Made by a program: the position numbers and the translations under genes
Assembly (NCBI GenBank): GCA_001643675.2
Contig: LSRY02000016.1
Span: forward strand, 1,302,001-1,366,000
Direction of reading: 5' to 3'
Length of the DNA stretch: 64,000 nucleotides
Origin: Monocercomonoides exilis PA203
Lineage: Eukaryota; Protista; Preaxostyla
Shown: in pieces, positions 35,563 to 55,334 of the stretch
How the letters are laid out: every line of letters begins with the position of its first letter
Position numbering within the stretch: position 1 is the first letter of the stretch
Notes under the pieces: model-generated
Databases searched by the model: none
What the model saw: the letters and a program-made list of their open reading frames with translations, nothing else
Told to the model about the DNA's origin: nothing

Positions 35563-37916
35563 AAAACAATTGAAAAATCAAAATGTTTAAAAAAAAAGAT
35601 TGATCAAAGTTGTTCAATTCATTAACGTGATCATTAAATTCCGTTCATTAGAAACAAGAATGATTTGTGCAAATAACAATCTTTTCACAAAGGAAATTTT
35701 CTCATTTGCTTTTTCTTTTCAATATTGTGACATTTATAGAATTTCATAACATAAATATATTTTAAGAATTTTGTGATTTTGCAAACAACTTTGAGAAAAC
35801 TGTTATTTATTGAATTTTTAAGTTCATGCATATCACAGAATCTCAAAACAAGAATATCAATATCAACAAATACGTTTTTGAATTTTTTTGGTAATTATAT
35901 TTGCTGGTTTAAAATTCACTTTGGTTTTTATTTGATTTCCATCCAGAAAATTCATCTTCCACTTCAATCAATTATCGAAAATTTTGAATACTCGTTTTGA
36001 ATAAAGACTGAAGTTCAACATTTTTTATTTGTCAGTCATTTGTATTTCCATGAACTTGAATGTTATTTGTTTTTTGCTGTTTTCGATGAGAAACAATTAC
36101 TTCGTTAATTGATTTATTTTTCCCCTTTAAAAAGTATGTTCAACTGCAAATCAATTCGTCTTAAACCGTGAATATTGATCAACTTCCAAACAATATTTGT
36201 TTGAGAGCGCTTTAATAAATGAGTGTATTATCTTGAAAGTGATAAAAATTTTTGTGAGTCTTTTCATTGCCTTTTTTTTCAATCAATAAGGGTCAATTAT
36301 TTTATGGAATTTTTTCCTTTTGTGGCGCTTTTTTTATTTTTGTTTTTGCATTCCAGCCATTCAACAAAGCTTGATAAGCCTCAACACTCGGATGAGGGTG
36401 TATATCAAACAAGAACATTTTTAAACTGGTTTATTTTTTGCTTTTTGTTTATTATAAACGGAGAGAAAGAAATTTTTGTTAAATACGAAGTGTCTTTTTT
36501 CCGCAAATGAAGCATTTCACAAATTTTAAAAAAAAAATGGTGATAATTTTTAAAATCACTTATTATTCCGAAGTCTGCATAATTTTCTGATTCACAGTTA
36601 TTTTCAGAAGAATTTCAAAAAAAGCGTTTCGTGTTTGCAAAGTATCGTCTTTCAAATGCATATTGTCACAGAAAGACAAAGAAGAATATTTGAAATTTTT
36701 TAAAACATTCGATTGATATCTAAGTTTTTGCAACAAATTTGTTAATTCGATAGTATTAATGGAAAAAATTTGAAATCAAAAAGAATCATCCAAATTTTTT
36801 TCAAACTTTTAGCATTTTCCTTTTTTGTCTTGAAAATCAAAAGTTTTGCTCCCTGTTTTTTTCTTGTTTTCTATTAAATATAAGTTTTTAATAAAAATGA
36901 AAACACAAATTTGAAAATTTCTTAGTTAAAAAAATGATGAGTTAAAATTAAGAGTGTGAAACGTGTGAATTATTTCTATAAAAACAATGCATTTTTCGGA
37001 GTGTTGATTCGATAAAGGCATTACACAAAAAATTGTTCTAAATCGAAAAACTTTCAACCAAAATCGAATAACTTTCAAACGAAATAGAAAATTATAATTC
37101 ACATTCGAAAAAGAAGTTGGATAATATTGAACTATAATTTGGTAAAATTTTTTTGAAAAGTTCCACGACTTTAATTTTATCCCACAAAAGATCACAAATG
37201 ATCAAAAAATGTTGATCATTCCGTTCCCATATAAGCTTTAAATATTTATTTTATTATTATTTTCTGAGCTTATTATTGACGAATAGGTCATAAATATTTT
37301 GGAAGCATATGAATTGTTAACTTCATTTTGTTATACACTTTTCAAAGAAAATGTTTTCTTGCTATTCGAATTAAATGAGTTACATATTTTTGTTTCTTCA
37401 TTTTCATTTCATCTGTTCGAATATTCATTTAGAATTTTAGTAAATATACAAAGAATTTATTATTTTATTTTGTTGAAAGAAAAATAAAAATAGAATTGCT
37501 TGAATCATAAAAATTTTTTTAAGAAATTGTCAATCATGAAAAATTCATCAAAACTTCACTCGTAACAATCGAAAGTTATTCAAAAAGTAGTTTGCATAAA
37601 GCAATTATTAATGAAATTCTAGAAAATTGTGGAATGAAGCATTATTTATCAAAATAAATCACTATTTGCTCCAAACTCAAAAAGACAAAATTTTCTCAAA
37701 TTTGGATTCAAAAGGATTGCATCAAACAACTAGTTTCTTTCTTCTCAGTTTGTGCCTTTTTCTTCTCCCTTTCATTTTATATTAACGCTTTATCAAAAAA
37801 TATCCTGCTTTTATCCTTTCAAACTAAATGAAAAAATTAGGTTTTCTTTGCTAGTCGACCATTCTGAAACAAATGAAAATGTTGTGTTGGTATCACAATT
37901 TGAGCTGACTGCAGAC

Positions 37917-40802
37917 ATGGTGGAGTATCTGAAGAAGTTTCTTGTGGCTGGAGCAGCGCAGCAGTCCTCTCTTTGCTCAGCGCCTTCATCTTTGTCTTCT
38001 TCAACTTGAGCAGCACTCCGATCAGCTTCACCATTCAGGAGGCGGAAAAACGAAGAGAAGAAATCTTCAGAGAAAAAGTAGCCATTATTATCGGAGCTTG
38101 AGATTGACCGTTCTGATGCGTCTGCGGTGACGAAGTCATACATATCGACAGCAGCGATAAACGATATCGAGATGCGGCTGCGGATTGTGGTGCCTGAGGC
38201 GGCTGGAGTGTCTGCGCGGAACATGCCGCTGTCGCTGTTACTGCTACTGTCATCACCATTTGCACTGAAGAATCTGCTGGGATATGTTGTAGCTCTGTGG
38301 GCAGTGCTGTGTGGGGGTGTTGTGCGTATTTACAACTTTACACCTTCGGCGATGCTTTCAGTTCTTCTGGTGGTGCAACTTCCGTCGCTTGCAGTGTAAG
38401 TTGGAACGAAGTCGGGGAGCAAGTGGATCTTTTCTGCAGCAGATGTTTATGCGATTTCGGAGATTATGATCTGTTTGACCTATTGCTGCAGATATGGTGA
38501 TCGCCGCAGTCGAGGCGTGTGGTGTTAAAACTGGATGATGAAGTGATGGGATGAGGGGTTTCAGTGTGCGAAGCGAGAAAGATTGTGGAGATGGTGTTGG
38601 ATTCTGCGTGGCTGAGGATGGAGGATGTGGTTCTGTCGCCCGCAGTGATTGCGCTGGTTGTGCTGGAGGAGCGGGAAGAGGCAGAGGAAGGAGAAGGAGG
38701 AGAATATAAAGGAAAAGTGTGAGAAGGAAAAGCAGAAGATGGAGAAGAAGTTTCTGGAGTTCAACATGCTGCTGCAGAAGATCCGGGACGAAGAGCAGAT
38801 ATCGAAGCCTATGAGTGTCCTCGTTGAGCAGCTGCAGGAGAAGGACAAAATCAAAGGATGCAGGAGAGGAAGATTATGAAGATAAGTGATAAGCACATCG
38901 CAGAGATGAAGGAGCTGAAGGAGTAACTTGTTGCGATGAAGGAGAAGGTTGAATTAATTGATGGAGGGATTGAGAAGGAGAAGAAACGCTTGACACATCA
39001 CGGTGAGCTGGTGAGCGGGTACAGCGATTGTTCGCTGGCGGGTTGTGGGTGAAGCTAACCATGCTTTCTTAGTTATCCTCTGAGGTTGATGGAATTGCTC
39101 CATCTTCAGCTTCGTTCATTCTGCCATCGGAGCTGTGAGAAAAATGCTGTGAAAGATTTGCTGCAAACAGCTGCGATGACTGCATTGCGAATGTTTGGGT
39201 CCGACCCTACAAAGGGATTTGTTGCGAAAGTTGGGAACAATGCGAGTGTTGGAAGAGAAGTTAACAGTTATGGGGAAGAGAGGTCCGGCGGTGGTGGAAG
39301 ATCTGATTCAAGTGTTGAAGAAGATGATGAAGAAGATGAAAAAGGAAACGAAGATGCTGATGGCGCTGTCGGAGGTGCAGGAGCAGACGCCAAGCGAGCA
39401 GAAGGCGCTGTTCAAGGAGGTGATTTAGAAGCAGCGGACAGCGCTTGCACAAAAGAAGCAGGAGCAGAAGAAAATGAAGGAGTTGTTTGAAGAGAGGGTG
39501 GAGCATCAGATGAAAACTGTTTCTGGGTCGCTTAGGAAAGTTACGCACGAAACTGCGCATGTGCTTTGGATACCGATAACGTTGCAGTCGTCTGTGCAGT
39601 TGAAGCGTTTGTAGAAGCCGCAGAAGATAGTGCTGCAGTCGTCGCAAGTGTGGAAACTGATGTGGATTCTGTGGATATTCCGTAACAAGATCGCAACAGA
39701 CTTGTGTGAGGGCAGCGCTGTGTTAGTGGGAGTTGCTGTTGCAAGGCAGTGGTTTGGAGACTTTGTGAACATGTGGCTGGGGGAGAAGCACGTAGCGCAG
39801 AAGAAAAGCGAAGCAGAAATATTAAAGATGATCTTCGTTGTGGAGCTGTTTCTAAATGACTTTGCAGATGTGTTGTTGTTAAAGAAGTTTGTGCGGGAGG
39901 AGTGCGAAGGAGACAAGTTGTGGTTTTCATGACAACTGCAAAGTGCTATTTGAAGGTTTTCAGTTGAAGCCACTTGCAGAAGAGAGCTAGATCTTCCTGA
40001 TGACTTTGAACAGGATGTTTTGTTGGTGAATCAATTCAGTGGTTAAAAAGGCTTCGGAGAAGAAAATCGAGATGTATTTTTAGGGGAGTTTGAGGGGCTG
40101 CAGTCGGAGAAGGGGGATGCGGACACATCTGTGTTTCTGCGGTTTCTGCTGAATAACAACTGAGCGGAAGCAATGAAGCGGAAAGAGGAGATGAAGACGC
40201 TGTATGATGCGATATGCCGTGGCGATCCATCAGTCTCATCATCTGCATTATCTTCGTCATTGGGGGTGGTGTGCAGAGGGATCACGCACTCAGAGCTGGA
40301 GTCTCTTCTGCGTGTATGCTGTCCGTAGACGCCACAGGCGCTTTCGCTGCGGATCTTCCGGGATGCGTACCGGCTGTCTGGCTGCTGTCTGCCGTCGTTT
40401 GCATCAGAGCTGGAGGTGTTCCAGCACAACGACTTCTTCACGCTGTGCCTGCGGCTGCCAGATGTATGCGACGCGGCGGACCGACGGGCGCCTCTGACGT
40501 CGTCTGAGAACAGCGCAGTTGTGAAGACGGTGAGCCGGCACCTGGCGCTGCTGAAGCCGGCGCTGGAGGATCTGATGCGGGTGCTTTCGGGGGTGTCGGC
40601 GGGTGTGTCGGGAGGGGTGCTGGCAGGGGCAGGGCTGAAGCGGCAGGTGGAGGCGGTGCAGTCCGCGGTGGGGAAGAAAGAAGGGCGCCGGGCGCTGTTC
40701 CGGATGGCGCGGCTGCTGGTGGAGCTGGTGCTGCTGCAGCTGCGAAAAACGAAATGGAATGGGTGGTCAGTATTGGGCTGCTGTTGTGGGAATGGCAAAT
40801 AG
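37917..40802 (+). pseudogene. Degraded GC-rich protein-coding gene of unknown family
   Basis: Coding-like composition (ctg/gag/aag codons). ORF fragments at 37752, 38127, 38649, 39195, 39630 and 40416 share one frame and are separated by single stops (39426, 39612, 39930, 39951, 40044, 40161, 40326). Probable frameshifts near 38400-38700. Confidence 0.65.
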
Positions 40803-40899
40803 TGGTTTTGTTTCAGAACACAATGACATTGAACTGGAAGGGAAATGCAGCCAATGTCTTTTCATGCTTCATCATTATCTTTTTCTTTAACTTTTTAAA

Positions 40900-41960
40900 C
40901 ATAGCACGAGAAGGCTCCGAGTAATAAAGAGATTGCAATAAACGACATGCTGCTGTTCGATGAATGTTTATAAGATGCGATCGACGCTTTGATTTTTCTA
41001 ATGACATGTTCATCGGAGTTATCATCTTCTTTTCCTTTTTCATCCTTTTCAATCTCCTGTTTCTTGTCGAATTCATTTCCTTTCAAAAAGCTTTTGAAAG
41101 AAGCAAATATGCAGTTAACACTGAGAATACAACAGCATTCTTTTAACATATTTCTGAACAAAATGTTTGAAAAGAAGAAGTTGAAGAAGGTGAAGGTGAA
41201 GGTGAAGGCGAAGGAGGAGGAGGAGGTGCAAATTAGAAGAGGCTCCATTTGAATTCCTTTAACAGTTGTTGTTAGAAAAGCTCCATATATATATGATTTC
41301 CGAAATAGTATCGCCTCAAGGAAAAATGCATCCTTCAAACAACTCCACTTCATTCACAGTCATTCCATTAGATCCAACGCTTACACAATTGCCAATCTCA
41401 AATGCATTTGCTATTGATTCGATCTGTTACGGTTAAACATTTGAAATTGAGACATCATCTCCATTCAACAGGAATGAAGGTTTCATGAATGAAAGGTGCG
41501 ATATTTAACAGTTGTCAACATGAAGAATTCCATTTTAGATGCTCAACAATGTTGAATTGAGTCAATATTTTGAATTTTCCAGAATAAGAAAATGATTAAT
41601 CTAAGTTGAATTTCAATCTCTCAAACAGAACATTCTTAGAGGTTGTAATGAGGGGATAATTACATCATTTGCTTCACATTCTCCGACAATGGCTATCTCT
41701 TTTGATCAACAGTTACGAATGGCGTGATGGAATGATGTGCTGCATTCCCTCATTCAACGATTCACAAGGCGCTTCAAACACTCCACATTGCTTGTTTTCT
41801 TCCACATTCTCTACAACCGATGACACAAATATCTTCTCGCTCTGGTATTTCACAATCATCAGCAGTATATCCTCTTCTCCCACAAACGAATCTGTTGTGC
41901 AGCCCCACGTTACTATCTTCTTCACAATAGGAGCTCTGAAATTTGCAACAAATTTGTCAA
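40900..41960 (-). pseudogene. Decayed fragment of the receptor-pseudokinase ectodomain family
   Basis: APIVKKIVTWGCTTDSFVGEEDILLMIVKYQSEKIFVSSVVENVEENKQCGVFEAPCESLNEGMQHIIPSRHS matches EPFVKELAIWGCTADNYEDEEDLLGRVYVFRSEFIFVSSIVGNRSDSKNCGEMKSACSSLNVGVSHIIPSDYS in the first gene. A further stop-ridden match lies at about 41240-41460. The left boundary is uncertain. Confidence 0.8.
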
Positions 41961-43164
41961 GCTGTAAAAAAGAAAATCATAAAAATTAATTAAACATAAA
42001 GAAAAACAAATTGCAAACCATCAATATTTGATAAATTTTTTGTTTATTCCAACTTAACAGAGCTGTACCGCTTTCAAGAAATGTTGTTATTCATTTTGAA
42101 CAACAAAAAACTTTATTCAAATGAAAATATGAATAAACAGTGAAAACGAAGTTTATCAGGAAAGAAAATCAAAACACACCATGTTCAATTTATTAATCAG
42201 CAATTGCATAATTGTTCAAGAAAATAAAACTATCTTTCTTTGAAAAACAAATGATTTAATTTTGATCATTAAATCAAATATATAATTTTTTGCTTCAAAC
42301 ATTTTCTTTTCATGAAGAAGATTGCAATTAACAGATAAGCATTTTCGTTATAATTTTAATCTTTTCATAAAAATAATGGAAACGGAATGATTATATATTG
42401 ACTGCCATGGGTCATGTTTTTGATCTGATGTCACTTTTCAAAAAAATTTAGCCATTTTAGTTAAACAAAGGTAATTTCTTTGATACAAACGTTGATAATT
42501 TCAAATGTCTGTTAGTTGGGAATGTTTTTCTTTTGTTTTAAATTAGTATTTGCAATAAAAAAGAGTGACATTTATTGATCCTTTTTACATTTTGAAAATT
42601 GAAAACAGTTAAATTTTTCTGTTTCAAATTAAACTTACATGGTTTGATACATTTCGTTTCAAATTAATGAGATTGATTACTGTCTGTTTGTGCGTGTAAC
42701 AAGATTATGAACGATCATGTTCTTTTTTTTAGAAAATAACTTATTGTCTCCTGAGCACATGTGAAGAGTTTTTGGTTTATTATTTCCTATTTATTCATTT
42801 CCATTCAATCAAATTCAAGAAAACTTCAAAAAAGTTTTTTCTGATTGTCATTGACAATTTTCTCTGATCATTCATAGAAAGAAAAGCAATTGACATGTGT
42901 CTGACTTTTGAAAAAGTTTCAAATTTTTAGAAGATAAAAAATTTTCGATGTTGAATAAAACTTTTTCGATGTAGAATAAATTTTGGAGTATCGGTTCAAA
43001 AAAAAATTATGAATATTTCTTGTTTTTTTAAATTAAACGCATTGACAAACTTTCCTTGAGAATATCATCAACAATATTGACCGAAATAATTTCATTTGTG
43101 AAAAAAAACCATGTTTTGGAACAAATATTTCCAACTTCATATCATTATGAGTCTTTAATTCTCA

Positions 43165-43414
43165 TATATGTCTAAATTTTTTTGTAAAGTAACTTTTGTT
43201 TAATTTCCAGAAAATTTTGTAAAATGAATATTTTCTTCAAATTTTCATACCAACTCACAAAATTTCGCTGTTATGCAAGTATAACCTTAGTAATGTTATT
43301 ATTTCCATTCAAGAAAAGTTTCGTAAGTGGGAACAGAAATTTGATGATTACATGTTATTCTTATTTTTTTGAAAATTAAACAAAAGGAACTTTTCAAAAA
43401 AATTTAGACATATA
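43165..43414. mobile_element. 250-bp MITE-like element with about 49-bp terminal inverted repeats
   Basis: Left end tatatgtctaaatttttttgtaaagtaacttttgtttaatttccagaaa versus reverse-complemented right end tatatgtctaaatttttttgaaaagttccttttgtttaattttcaaaaa (5 mismatches). Ends read TATA|TGTC...GACA|TATA. Confidence 0.75.
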
Positions 43415-43549
43415 AAAATACAGATGAATGTTTCACTCTAAAAAATAAAAGAAAACACTTTGTTGAACATATTTTTTGCTTCAAAAATTATGTGTGTTAT
43501 TTTGTTTCGTTTTTTGTTCTTGATAACAAAATATCACAAAAACAAAAGG

Positions 43550-44368
43550 AAAATTTTTGATAAATTGTAGCGTTTTTTGTGAACTTTTCACCAAAAATAA
43601 TTCGATTACGAAAAAAAATAATTCATTTTCGAAAATAAATAATTCAAAATTCAAAATTAGTGATTCGAATTCAAAAAAAAAAAAATAATTCTATTTCGAA
43701 ATAAATTTTTGACAGTATTTTTTTCAATTTTATGATGATGGATTTCAGCAAATATCATGCTGTAATTCATTTTTCAACAAACAATCCTTCTTGAATAAAC
43801 ATTGAATTAAAAACTATAAATCTATTTTTTGAAGACTATTCGAATATTTCGTTAAAATGATTCTATTGTCGAATTTGAAGAATCACTTTCGCTCTACAAA
43901 AATTGTTTAACCTAAAATTAAATACAGAAAAATTATTTCTTTTGAATAGAATGAAATAGAATTTTTCCGTTACAAAAACTAAATAATTTTCTTTTTTATA
44001 TGCAGAATATTTCCTTCATTTCAATATATTGTCGATATCTTTCAATTCATGAAAATAAAAAGAATTAAAAACTGAAAAATTTCGAACTCCCTTGTTTCTT
44101 TTTATGTAAAATCATCAAACCGGAAAATCTGAAAAAAAAGTTGTCTGATTACAAATATTAAAGTGTGCATGAGTTGCACAGTGCAAATATTTCACACAAA
44201 CGTTCAAAATTTTTATAGCATTGAATTTGATATTATCTTTTTCGAAATCGAATTATTAATTTAGAAATTGAAATATTAATTCCGGAATCGAATCATTATT
44301 TTTTCGAATTAGAATTATTTTTAGTGTTCATGAACAGAAAACAAACTAAAATTTGTCCGAAATTTGTG
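43550..44368. mobile_element. Degenerate foldback/MITE-like element of about 820 bp, with about 140-bp imperfect inverted arms built from about 20-bp subrepeats
   Basis: caccaaaaataattcgattacgaaaaaaaataattcattttcgaaaataaataattcaaaattc (from 43589) matches the reverse complement of 44230..44326, cactaaaaataattctaattcgaaaaaataatgattcgattccggaattaatatttcaatttc. Repeat unit is roughly aataattcgatttcgaaaa. Confidence 0.55.
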
Positions 44369-44512
44369 ATTATCATTCATCACTGAAATTCTTTCAAAAG
44401 TGATATTTCTGAAAAATATCACTAAAATAATCATCTTCAAATAAGTCCATTCAAAATAAGACATTCAATTAATAATAATCAGGTTTTTTTTAAAGAATTC
44501 GAAATTAGGTTC

Positions 44513-44514
<2 letters not shown>

Positions 44515-44555
<41 letters not shown>

Positions 44556-44600
44556 TAAGAGTTGTTTTTATTCAACAGAAAAGAGAGTTCAGCCTTCGAG
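44515..44600 (-). other. Genomic poly(A) tail (T38 on the plus strand) with an upstream AATAAA; probable 3' end of a retroposed sequence
   Basis: The minus strand reads ctgttg-AATAAA-aacaactcttatgt-A38. Confidence 0.5.
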
Positions 44601-45276
44601 CACTTTTAATTATACAAAACACGGGAAGAGTGCACATAGAAACCAGTATTAAAATGGTCTTTTAGAAGAATTTTTGATTTTTAAATACTCACTTTTACGA
44701 ACGTTATAATTCTCAAAAAAAGAAATTTTCGATAAAAAACAGAAAATTTTTAGTATTAAAAAGGCAGCAGTCATAAAAAGCTTATGATCAAACCCCAAAG
44801 ATAAAAAGGAGAGAATATATTTTTAAGGTTTTCATTTAGAAAAAGATGGTTTATCCCTTGTCAATGTATTTATTTGGGTTATGTTTAACAAAAGCTAAAA
44901 ATTTAATAAAATGATTAGGGTTTTTCTAAATAAAAAAAGGAAGTTTCCAATATAAAAAAATTTATTGGAATTTAAAGATTGGTATTTTCAGTTTCAATCA
45001 CTGCATTTCGAAAACCCCTTTCGAAATATCATTATTGTATTCATCTGTAATTGTTGAAAATAAATAAAAATATAAAATTCGAATTTATTTGAAACCTGTC
45101 GTTATCTGCTCACTTTCCCAAAATGCTTACAAAATGGAAATTAACGAAAACTTGAAAGAGCATTGCAAATATTGTTTTATTTGAGTTGTTTCTTCAAACA
45201 CAAAAATTTGACAAAAACCATTATAAAAACATTTATTCATTTATTTATTGGTGATTCGTGTTTATTGGAACGTCAG

Positions 45277-46561
45277 ATGATGCAAGAAATTAATAGGTTG
45301 CTAATTTCACAAGACATGCGCGTTACAGCATGGACAATTGTAGCCTTTGTGGTGGTTTATTTTTTAACAATATTTATCAAGAATTTCTATGAACTTTTTG
45401 GCTTTGCTCCTTCGAAGTTTGAATTTTTATTATTTTTGTACGTTTTTAACATTCAATTAAAACACTTTTCTCTCATTATTTTTAGATGTTGGCTTGATGC
45501 ATTTTACCTATGGACTCTGGTAACTGGAATTTTTGTGAGTAGAAATATCATATTCCTTCTTGTCGGATTAGTTGCACTTTTCATAATTGGTCGAACATTT
45601 GAACCGCTGTGGGGGAGATATCCTTTTTTTAGATTTATTGTTGTTGAAGGAATGGCAGTTAACTTGGGAATTACAATAATTATTTCTCTTTTGTACTTAT
45701 TTGGAGCAACTTCATTAATGTATGACATCTTCAATTTTTTCACCTTTTTTTAGTATGTGAACGTTCAATCATCAAGTCGCTCTGATTTTTCAGGAGTTGG
45801 TCCATTAATTTTTTCTTCAATAGTTGCATTAAAACTTCATTACCCAACAAGGCCAGTTGTAAGCTCTATCCCTGCTCTCCAGTGGTTTACATATAATGTT
45901 TGAAATATTGTTTCACATTAATACAAGTTACAAAATATTTTGTTAATTTTCCTTGAAGGATCTTCCGTTCTGTCTTCTTATTCTTTCAATCCCGTTCATT
46001 TTTGTAGAGTATTTGCGATTTATTTTCTTTGATGCCTTCGTCTCCCTTTTTGTGGCATGGGGTTATTTACGATTTTGGCAGCTCGAAGAAGAAATCACTC
46101 CACTTCCTTCGATTGATGTTGAGGCAAATAATAACGAAGCACATGTAAACCTTATGGATGATTTTTCCTTTTCTTCTCTTTTTCCTTCGCCCATTCGTCC
46201 TCTTCTTACGATGCCTGCGTCGCTCATTCGAAAAATTGAGGATTGGATCCATCGAAGACACAGGTTGCAAAATGCTCCGGCAACTGAAATTGGAGTAACG
46301 AACATAGAAACACAGCTTGATGGAGTTGCAAATGCCCCCGCTGCAGTTCCAATCATAGACACAGCGCAACTTGACAATCCGCAGACGAATCAAGACGAGG
46401 TGCCTCTTCTTTTACCCACAAATACTTCACTTTCAGAGCCTTCACTCACTTCAGAGTTCACTTCAACTTCTTCAGAAGATTTTAAACTTGGACTTTCTCT
46501 TCTCAACGCCCAAGAACAAGGTCTCCCATCCTCATCATCTGATGCTTTATTAGAAAATTAA
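45277..46561 (+). CDS. TMEM115: TMEM115/DUF1751-like rhomboid-superfamily membrane protein, about 365 aa, 4 exons (45277-45416, 45486-45719, 45777-45897, 45959-46561)
   Basis: WTLVT...GRTFEPLWG, FSGVGPLIFSSIVALK, VAWGYLRFWQ and DDFSFSSLFPSPIRP match TMEM115-family motifs. Intron phases are consistent. Confidence 0.75.
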
Positions 46562-46659
46562 CAATTTTTATTTCACCCTTATCTAGTTAAGCTTTGAATT
46601 TTTTGTTTTCATTTTTTGTGATGGAATATTTGATCTGTTTTTTTTTTCTTTTCGTTTTA

Positions 46660-54192
<7,533 letters not shown>

Positions 54193-54369
54193 AAATTGTG
54201 AATTCTTTTATAAAGAATAATATAAATTGTTTTTTGTAATTGTTAATATATTGATATATATTTTTTTAATACTTACATTTTTATTATGTATTTACGTTAT
54301 ATTTTGTGATAAATAGGTACTTATTTTGATTTTTCAACCATAATTTGTTTCTGAAAAAACAAAAAACGA

Positions 54370-55334
54370 ATGTCTTCTCTTTCAACTCCCATGTCACACT
54401 CAAGCCCTCTTCCAAGATATAAAACTCAAGGAGGTGATGATAAGCAAGCGTCTCCGTCAAAGATGAGAGTTGAACAACTTGCTTCACGACTTTCTTCAAT
54501 TCAAAGAGGAATGGTTGATCAGAGAACAACCAGGTTCCAAAAATATAACCAAGAGCTTTCAGAACTTTCTGAAAGGCTGCGTGAAATGCAAGAAAATGGA
54601 AACGAAAGGCTAGAACAGCTTAGGAATGAGGCAGATGAACTTGGAAAACTTTTGGAAGCTTCAAAAGCTGAAAGAGAAAGAATAGACGAAAGTTTTAAGG
54701 ACCAAAGCGCAGAGTTGGAAGGAAAATTTGACAGTCAATTGGACGAGGAGCAAGAAGTTTGAAGCATTTTGATGAAATTATTTATAAGCAATTTATTTTT
54801 TTTTCAAATTTTAAGAGTGCGGAAGAATCAATTGATCAAATTCTTAAAACTGCACAAGACCAGCTCACAAGATGTCGGTCTGAAATAATGCAATTGCTTT
54901 CAGATCGAAACGAACAAATGAAAAAAGATTTTGGAAAAATTGCTGAACAACTTCCTGTTCTTGCGCAAAAAGTTGAAAGCGAAAAACAAACCGAAGAAGA
55001 ATTTTTGAAAAATATTGAACTTCAAATGAAACAAGAAGTGGAAGACTTGAAAAGGGAAATTGAAGAAGAGAAAGCCGTATGACTAATATTAACCTTAAGC
55101 TTTATAGAAAAATATTTGAATGTTTTTTTTTTATTACCACTTGACTTTCATTTTTTTTCTTTAAAGGATCGTGAGGCGATGGAAAAAGAAGCGCGCGAAG
55201 CTGTTGAACGCTTTGAAAGAGAAGCCGAGGAGGCAATTGAAGCTGAAAGAAGAGAGAGAGAAGAAACAGAAGCTGCATTAACTCAGGTTTGGGATCAAAC
55301 ATGCGCAAAAATTGCAGAAGCTCAGCAATTTTAA
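54370..55334 (+). CDS. SF-assemblin/beta-giardin family striated-fibre protein, about 271 aa, 3 exons (54370-54756, 54816-55076, 55167-55334)
   Basis: Short Ser/Pro head followed by a continuous coiled coil with periodic E..ER motifs. It ends in ERREREETEAALTQVWDQTCAKI, typical of SF-assemblin C-termini. Confidence 0.75.

Noticed and set aside
35773-37487. Short ORFs in the AT-rich spacer
   Set aside because: Phe/Ile/Leu-rich translations typical of random AT-rich DNA, mostly with non-ATG starts.
37917-40802. Stop-codon reassignment (TAA/TAG read as Gln, as in some oxymonads) explaining the in-frame stops
   Set aside because: All three stop types interrupt the frame, probable frameshifts are present, and intact genes in the window end in TAA or TGA with no internal TAR.
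42941-42980. About 20-bp tandem duplication (ttttcgatgt.gaataaa twice)
   Set aside because: Only two copies; an ordinary slippage product.
43590-44330. CRISPR-like array of about 20-bp repeats
   Set aside because: The repeats are degenerate, contiguous and inverted, with no unique spacers and no cas genes, in a eukaryotic context.
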